From contig NC_043008.1 in assembly GCF_006345805.1 (NCBI RefSeq), forward strand, positions 77,872,001 to 77,936,000: 64,000 bases of DNA, in the 5' to 3' direction. Position 1 is the stretch's first letter, and each line of letters begins with the position of its first letter. The translations under genes were made by a program, and so were the position numbers. Source of the DNA: Octopus sinensis. Taxonomy: Eukaryota. The notes beneath the pieces were generated by a model, which made no database searches, was not told the origin of the DNA, and saw nothing but the letters and a program-made list of their open reading frames with translations. Below are positions 59,240 through 64,000 of this stretch, piece by piece.

Positions 59240-60445
59240 TTGTTTATCTCTTTAAATTCTCTTTAGATTCATATCTGCTTTCATCCGTGTCAGGTTGATA
59301 GTAAATAGCTGTGTACTGGTCAAAAAAATAATTTTTTTTTTTCCTCATAGTTCCTGAATTCTTAAAGACTCTTAAAGATTCAAGCTAAGTTATCTACAAA
59401 TTCTTCTGTATTTGGTCACTTTAAAACCCCCCCTCCCGCTAAGTTGTCGCAGTATACTCTATATAGGCGCCTTTTCTTTTCTCCCCATTCCACTTTTTCT
59501 TTTTTTCTTTTCCTTTTTTTCTTTTCCTTTTTCTTCTTTTTCTTTTTTTCTTTTTCTTTTTCTCTTTCTTTTTCTTTTCTATCCTTCTCCCCCGTTTCTC
59601 TTTCTTTTTTCTTTTTCTTTTTCGTTTTCTTTTTCTTTTTCTTTTTCTTTTCCTTATTTCTTCTTCTTCTCCTTTTTCTTTTTCTTTTTTTCTTTTTCTT
59701 TTTTCCTTGTCTCTTTCCCTTTTCTTTTATCTTATTTTATTTTCTTTGCCCCACAAATAAATTCCTTCAGCCTTTAGAAATCTCAACATAGCAGTTTTGC
59801 ACGGAGAGCAATAACATGGCAAATTACCTTATCATATAGCATGAAACGATTGTGGATTAATAATGGTTAAATACATCGTCTGTGAGTATGAACTTCCTCA
59901 TCTTACCACTGGAAATGTAAATCTTCACTATGGATTAATTCACCTTTTCTGTGAAGCTAATAAGTTTTTAAAAACCTGTGATAAGTCTGTGCATCCTCTT
60001 CCTCATATCTCTGGAAATTTAAATCTACACTATGGATTGATTCATCTTCTCTTCGAAACTAATAAGTTTTTAAAAATCTGTAATAAGACTGTGCATCATC
60101 ATTAAGGAACTTTGGAAAACTGTTTACAACCTATATCTGCCTCTAATGGAACTATCTCCAATATTTCATGAGTATAACCTCACCCACTAAGATGTCTAGA
60201 GAACTCAAATGTATTTTAGCTGATGAGTACGGGACACTTTTATCTGCTGCAATTTTTGCAACTTGTAATAAAGCCTGTCTTTGTATGAAACAATTGTGCT
60301 AAAAACCAATCCATTCTTGTTGCTTCTTTCTCATTTATAATCACTCCACATTACTGTATGGATAACACCATATAGTTTTTCTGGTGCATCTAAGTTAAGT
60401 ACCACATTCAAGTAAATTCATTGGAAGTTACTTGAATCTTAATTG
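59240..60445. repeat. Family X copy including the right inverted arm (59729-60338) and a CT-rich tract
   Basis: Homology to 46530-47375 and inverted near-identity to 55515-56117. Confidence 0.85.
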
Positions 60446-60454
60446 CTTTGATTA

Positions 60455-60768
60455 TATATATATATATATATATATACATACATACATACATACATACATG
60501 CATACATACATACATACCTACATACATACATGCATGCATGCATGCATACATACATACATACATACATACATACATACATACTACATACATACATACTACA
60601 TACATACATACATACATACATACACATACATACATACATACATACATACATACATACATACCTACATACATACATACATACATACATCATACATACATAC
60701 ATACATACATACATACATACATACATACATACATACAACATACATACATACATACATACATACATACA

Positions 60769-60800
<32 letters not shown>

Positions 60801-60810
60801 CGTATGTATG
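60455..60810. repeat. (TA)n/(CATA)n microsatellite, one of dozens of AAT, GAA, CA, TA, GA and CATA tracts in the window
   Basis: Direct inspection. Confidence 0.95.
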
Positions 60811-61189
60811 TCTCTAAGAAACGTTAGATAAAGTGAATATCTATATGTCTATATTAAGCACACAGCCTTGCTCTGAAAAGTTAGAAACCGGAGTTAAAAT
60901 AGATTTATATCTCTCTAGTTAAAAAATGGACCTGTTTAATTTCGTTCTTTTATATTCTTATCGGAGACCACTCACCCATTCCTAGTCGGGAAACAGCTAA
61001 TGGCTACATATAAGTCTCGTATCTTCTAGAAGAAAACAAACCAATTGATTTCTCTAATTTGCATGACATTAGCAACTTAGATCAATAGCTCTTCTACACA
61101 CGCTTGAATCTCACATTTCTTATAGAACTTGTATTATATTTCTATTAACATTTGTGTATGAGTCCCAATGGTTATTGTGACGTGATTAC

Positions 61190-61820
61190 AGTATTGGAGA
61201 AGCAAACTGTTTTTCTCACATTTCCGTTGGTTAAGGGCAATGAGAAAGAGAGCGACGAAACTGTTCCCGAGCATCGCTGACCTGTGGGTTTATGTCGAAC
61301 ACCTCCTGTCAAGTATTGGATAGATTAGATCGGCTGAGTCCATTGTGAAGATTGCCCCAGCACCTTCGTTTGGCTGACAGCCTTAGCGACAGAGGTCTTG
61401 TGATGGAGCAGATGGAAAGGGCTGAAGACAAATACTTACCTCTTTGGCAAGGGCCTCATAAACGTTTTCAAGCTTAAATTGAAAAGGAAGGCGAGGGTCG
61501 AGAGGGCCGTACTGCCACCCAGCCATTTTGTTGAAAGGTGGGTGAATGTGGCAAGAATAATCCGGGTAAACGGGCTTACTCTAAGCAACGGAAAGCAAGC
61601 ACCTATAGACGATAAAGAGAGGGCACATCTCCCCGCAACCAGGACCTCCTTTGTTTTGTGGGGTTTCCACGAGCAGCTTTAGGAAGTCTCCCTCTTTTGG
61701 GTAATTTTTCATTGTGAAAACATGTTGTTTTCACTGTTTACACTCTCCATTTTATGTAACACCATATCGCATTGTCTTGCACCGTCCCCACTGCTTTTTT
61801 TGTTATGAACCCTCAATAAA
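61190..61820 (+). mobile_element. Tx1-like LINE 3' fragment
   Basis: LKRKARVERAVLPPSHFVERWVNVARIIRVNG, homologous to the other Tx1-like C-termini in the window. Confidence 0.8.
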
Positions 61821-61884
61821 GGAAACGTTATCATTGCTGCTGCTGTTGTCGTCGTCGTTGTTGTTGTTGTTGTTGTTGTGACGA

Positions 61885-62030
61885 GATGGCAGAATTGTTA
61901 GCATGCCGGGTGAAATGCTTAGCGGTATTTCGAGGTCTCGAAAATAATTACCAGTTGAGCATTAGTGTCGATGTAATTGGGTTAGCCCCAGCTCCGAAAT
62001 TGCTGGCCTTATGCCAAAATTTGAAACCAT
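61885..62030 (+). mobile_element. SINE (second family), internally deleted
   Basis: gatggcagaattgttagcatgccgggtgaaatgcttagcggtattt...gctggccttatgccaaaatttgaaac. Confidence 0.75.
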
Positions 62031-62090
62031 TGTTATTATCGTTGTTGATTTATATGGGTCGTGTGTATAACTATATTTGCGTAAACTTAC

Positions 62091-62362
62091 CTCTGCTGCA
62101 AAATTGCTCCTCGCAACACCCAAACTTGGTGCAGGTCGCCAAACATCATTGGAAGGAATATAACGCTCCACAGTCGACATTCGATTGTTACCATCAAAGC
62201 CACCCAGCGCATATATGGAATCTCGATAAGCAACGACACAGAAACCACTTCGAATACTTTCCATTGGCGCCACCATAGTCCATTGGTTTAAGTTAGGATT
62301 GTAATATTCAGCTGATCGAAGAATTTCTTGACCATCAAATCCACCACATATGTAGATATTGT
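62091..62362 (-). CDS. KLHL10: Kelch-like protein 10 homologue, internal exon (272 bp)
   Basis: ttttgctttAG|AC ... GAG|GTaagt; NIYICGGFDGQEILRSAEYYNPNLNQWTMVAPMESIRSGFCVVAYRDSIYALGGFDGNNRMSTVERY...RSNFAAE resembles KLHL10 VYICGGFNG..AEVYN..NQWT.IAPMRSRRSG..VIAY..VYAVGGFDGANRL..RSNFGIE. Confidence 0.92.
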
Positions 62363-63239
62363 CTAAAGCAAAAATAGAATAAAATAAGTAATTTTCTGTC
62401 GGCAGACATATAAATGATTAAACAGCACAGGCTCGGGATGTGTGCATTTTGACGACTGAGACCTATTTGCTCTGGAAATTGCTGGAAAGACTTCTGACTA
62501 TTATGAATTATCTATAAATTTGTTAGTAGGATACACTGGATAGTATGTAGGCGAACAACTTTTATATTCTTAGAAAAGTTATTCTCAATCGACAAACTGG
62601 CAGATATCATATGACTGTGCTAAAAGAAAAATGCATGCCCCAGTTACGTTTTCAGTCACCTAACTTTTCTATGAACTATGAACTATGTCTCATTTACAAT
62701 TAATTGAAAAAAGTTTAAAACTTTTAAGATCAAACTTTTTCAAACCCTTTGTGAAGGATTATAGATATGGTGAAAATAAATGTAGAATGCAGCACTACCC
62801 AGCACCTAAGCTAGATTTCATCAGCAGTAATGACTTTCTTACACACTTAAACGGTAGTTTATGCGTTATTTTGAAGAATTCATCATCATATTTCCATCCC
62901 TACAATTTTATCCAGAGAAAATCTTTCCACTCTTAAAAATCTGTGTGTGTGTGTGTGTACATGTGTGTGTGTGGATGTATGTACGTGCGTACTCACGTGT
63001 ATATTTGTGTGTGTACGCGCCCGTGTGTGATTAATCGATTATCTAGTCAATAACACATTGAGTAATTCATTTTCTGTTTCCAATGCAACAGATTCTCTTA
63101 AAGTCACTCATCTGCTGTATTTACCTTATTACGGCCTCACCGATGAAGTACACACACAAACACACGCACGCGCACACATGCATATATTGTTTACCACAGA
63201 TAATATATATGCATAAAACCGAAAATATTTGCGCTGACG

Positions 63240-63450
63240 ATTAAGCCACACTTGAAGTCGTTTAAATTGAAATGGGACATCGTCTCCTGAGTCTACGCTT
63301 ATCATCTAATCAATGCATCCTCTGCTTGGCTGTCTCTTGAGACCGTGCGACGGAGACTCGTGCTCGCATATCAAGTATGCTCATTCTTTGTTCAGGTGTT
63401 GCTTGAGCTCGCTTCTGATGCATTGCGAGGGTCATTCTACTCAGTCACTC
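63240..63450 (-). mobile_element. Helitron N-terminal repeat relic
   Basis: RAQATPEQRMSILDMRARVSVARSQETAKQR..LDDKRR resembles the ETPEQR-type repeats of Helitron RepHel N-termini. Confidence 0.5.
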
Positions 63451-64000
63451 TTATGAAATTACTGATACACACACATACTCACACACACAAACACACACAC
63501 ACACACACAAATATATATACAAATATACTCACTCAGTAGGAGAGACATATATATACAGAGAAAAAGTGAGAGAGAGTGCGGTAAATATATACAGAGGGGA
63601 GAGTTTACAATGTGAAAAGCGTAAAAAACAGAGAAAGAAAGAGAGAGAAACAGACATATAGGTAGGTACATAGACAAAAGCATGACTACCTTGCATTACA
63701 TGTCATATCAATAGAGAGAGAAAGAGAGAGGAGCTTTGTGTATGAGAAATATACATCTACAGAGTGAGTGAGCGAGAGAGAGAGAGAGAGTAGTATATAT
63801 AGAGAGAAAGTGACAGATAAACAAATAGACAGATAGGAAGAATATACTTTTTCATTTCTAATAACCAAAAATTTTCTTCTTATGAAACACATTTCGAAAA
63901 CAAAATCTGCACTTCTCTAGGACGCACCTAGAAGAAGACTTTATAAAGAGATGAAAATGTGAGAGAGAATGAAATAATCTCGAACAACCAAAAGGAAAAA

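Noticed and set aside
1982-63892. Many supplied ORFs made of poly-I/L/Y/E/K/S, HT, YI or CVCV runs (for example 3737-4168, 19223-19595, 30090-30408, 60432-60831)
   Set aside because: They are stop-free translations of AAT, GAA, CA, TA and CATA microsatellites, not genes.

Overview
AT-rich, microsatellite-dense animal genomic DNA. The tRNA-derived SINE families, R4/Dong and Tx1-like LINEs, and Penelope-like elements suggest an octopod cephalopod; this is an inference from repeat content. The only host gene I can support is the 3' part of a kelch-repeat gene closely resembling KLHL10, on the minus strand. It has three exons (62362-62091, 39000-38909, 30865-30763) separated by 23.1 kb and 8.0 kb introns. 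Almost everything else is transposon-derived: R4/Dong-clade RLE LINEs and a 0.55 kb non-coding element stacked co-orientated in (AAT)n tracts (1-19.3 kb), Tx1/L1-like LINEs, two Penelope-like elements, mariner, Tc1, maT (DD37D), hAT, a Chapaev-like element, Helitrons and SINEs. The most interesting signals are five: (i) a tandem-plus-inverted array of a 616-bp unit, each complete unit carrying a type I hammerhead ribozyme fold (50304-52770); (ii) further hammerhead-like motifs with variant catalytic cores in other repeats; (iii) the AAT-targeting non-autonomous element family; (iv) a Penelope element bracketed by 600-bp inverted arms made of a different repeat; and (v) a 1.6 kb orphan degenerate coding island in an intron, a candidate endogenous viral element. 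All calls were made by eye without database searches, and boundaries are approximate unless splice sites or TIRs are cited.
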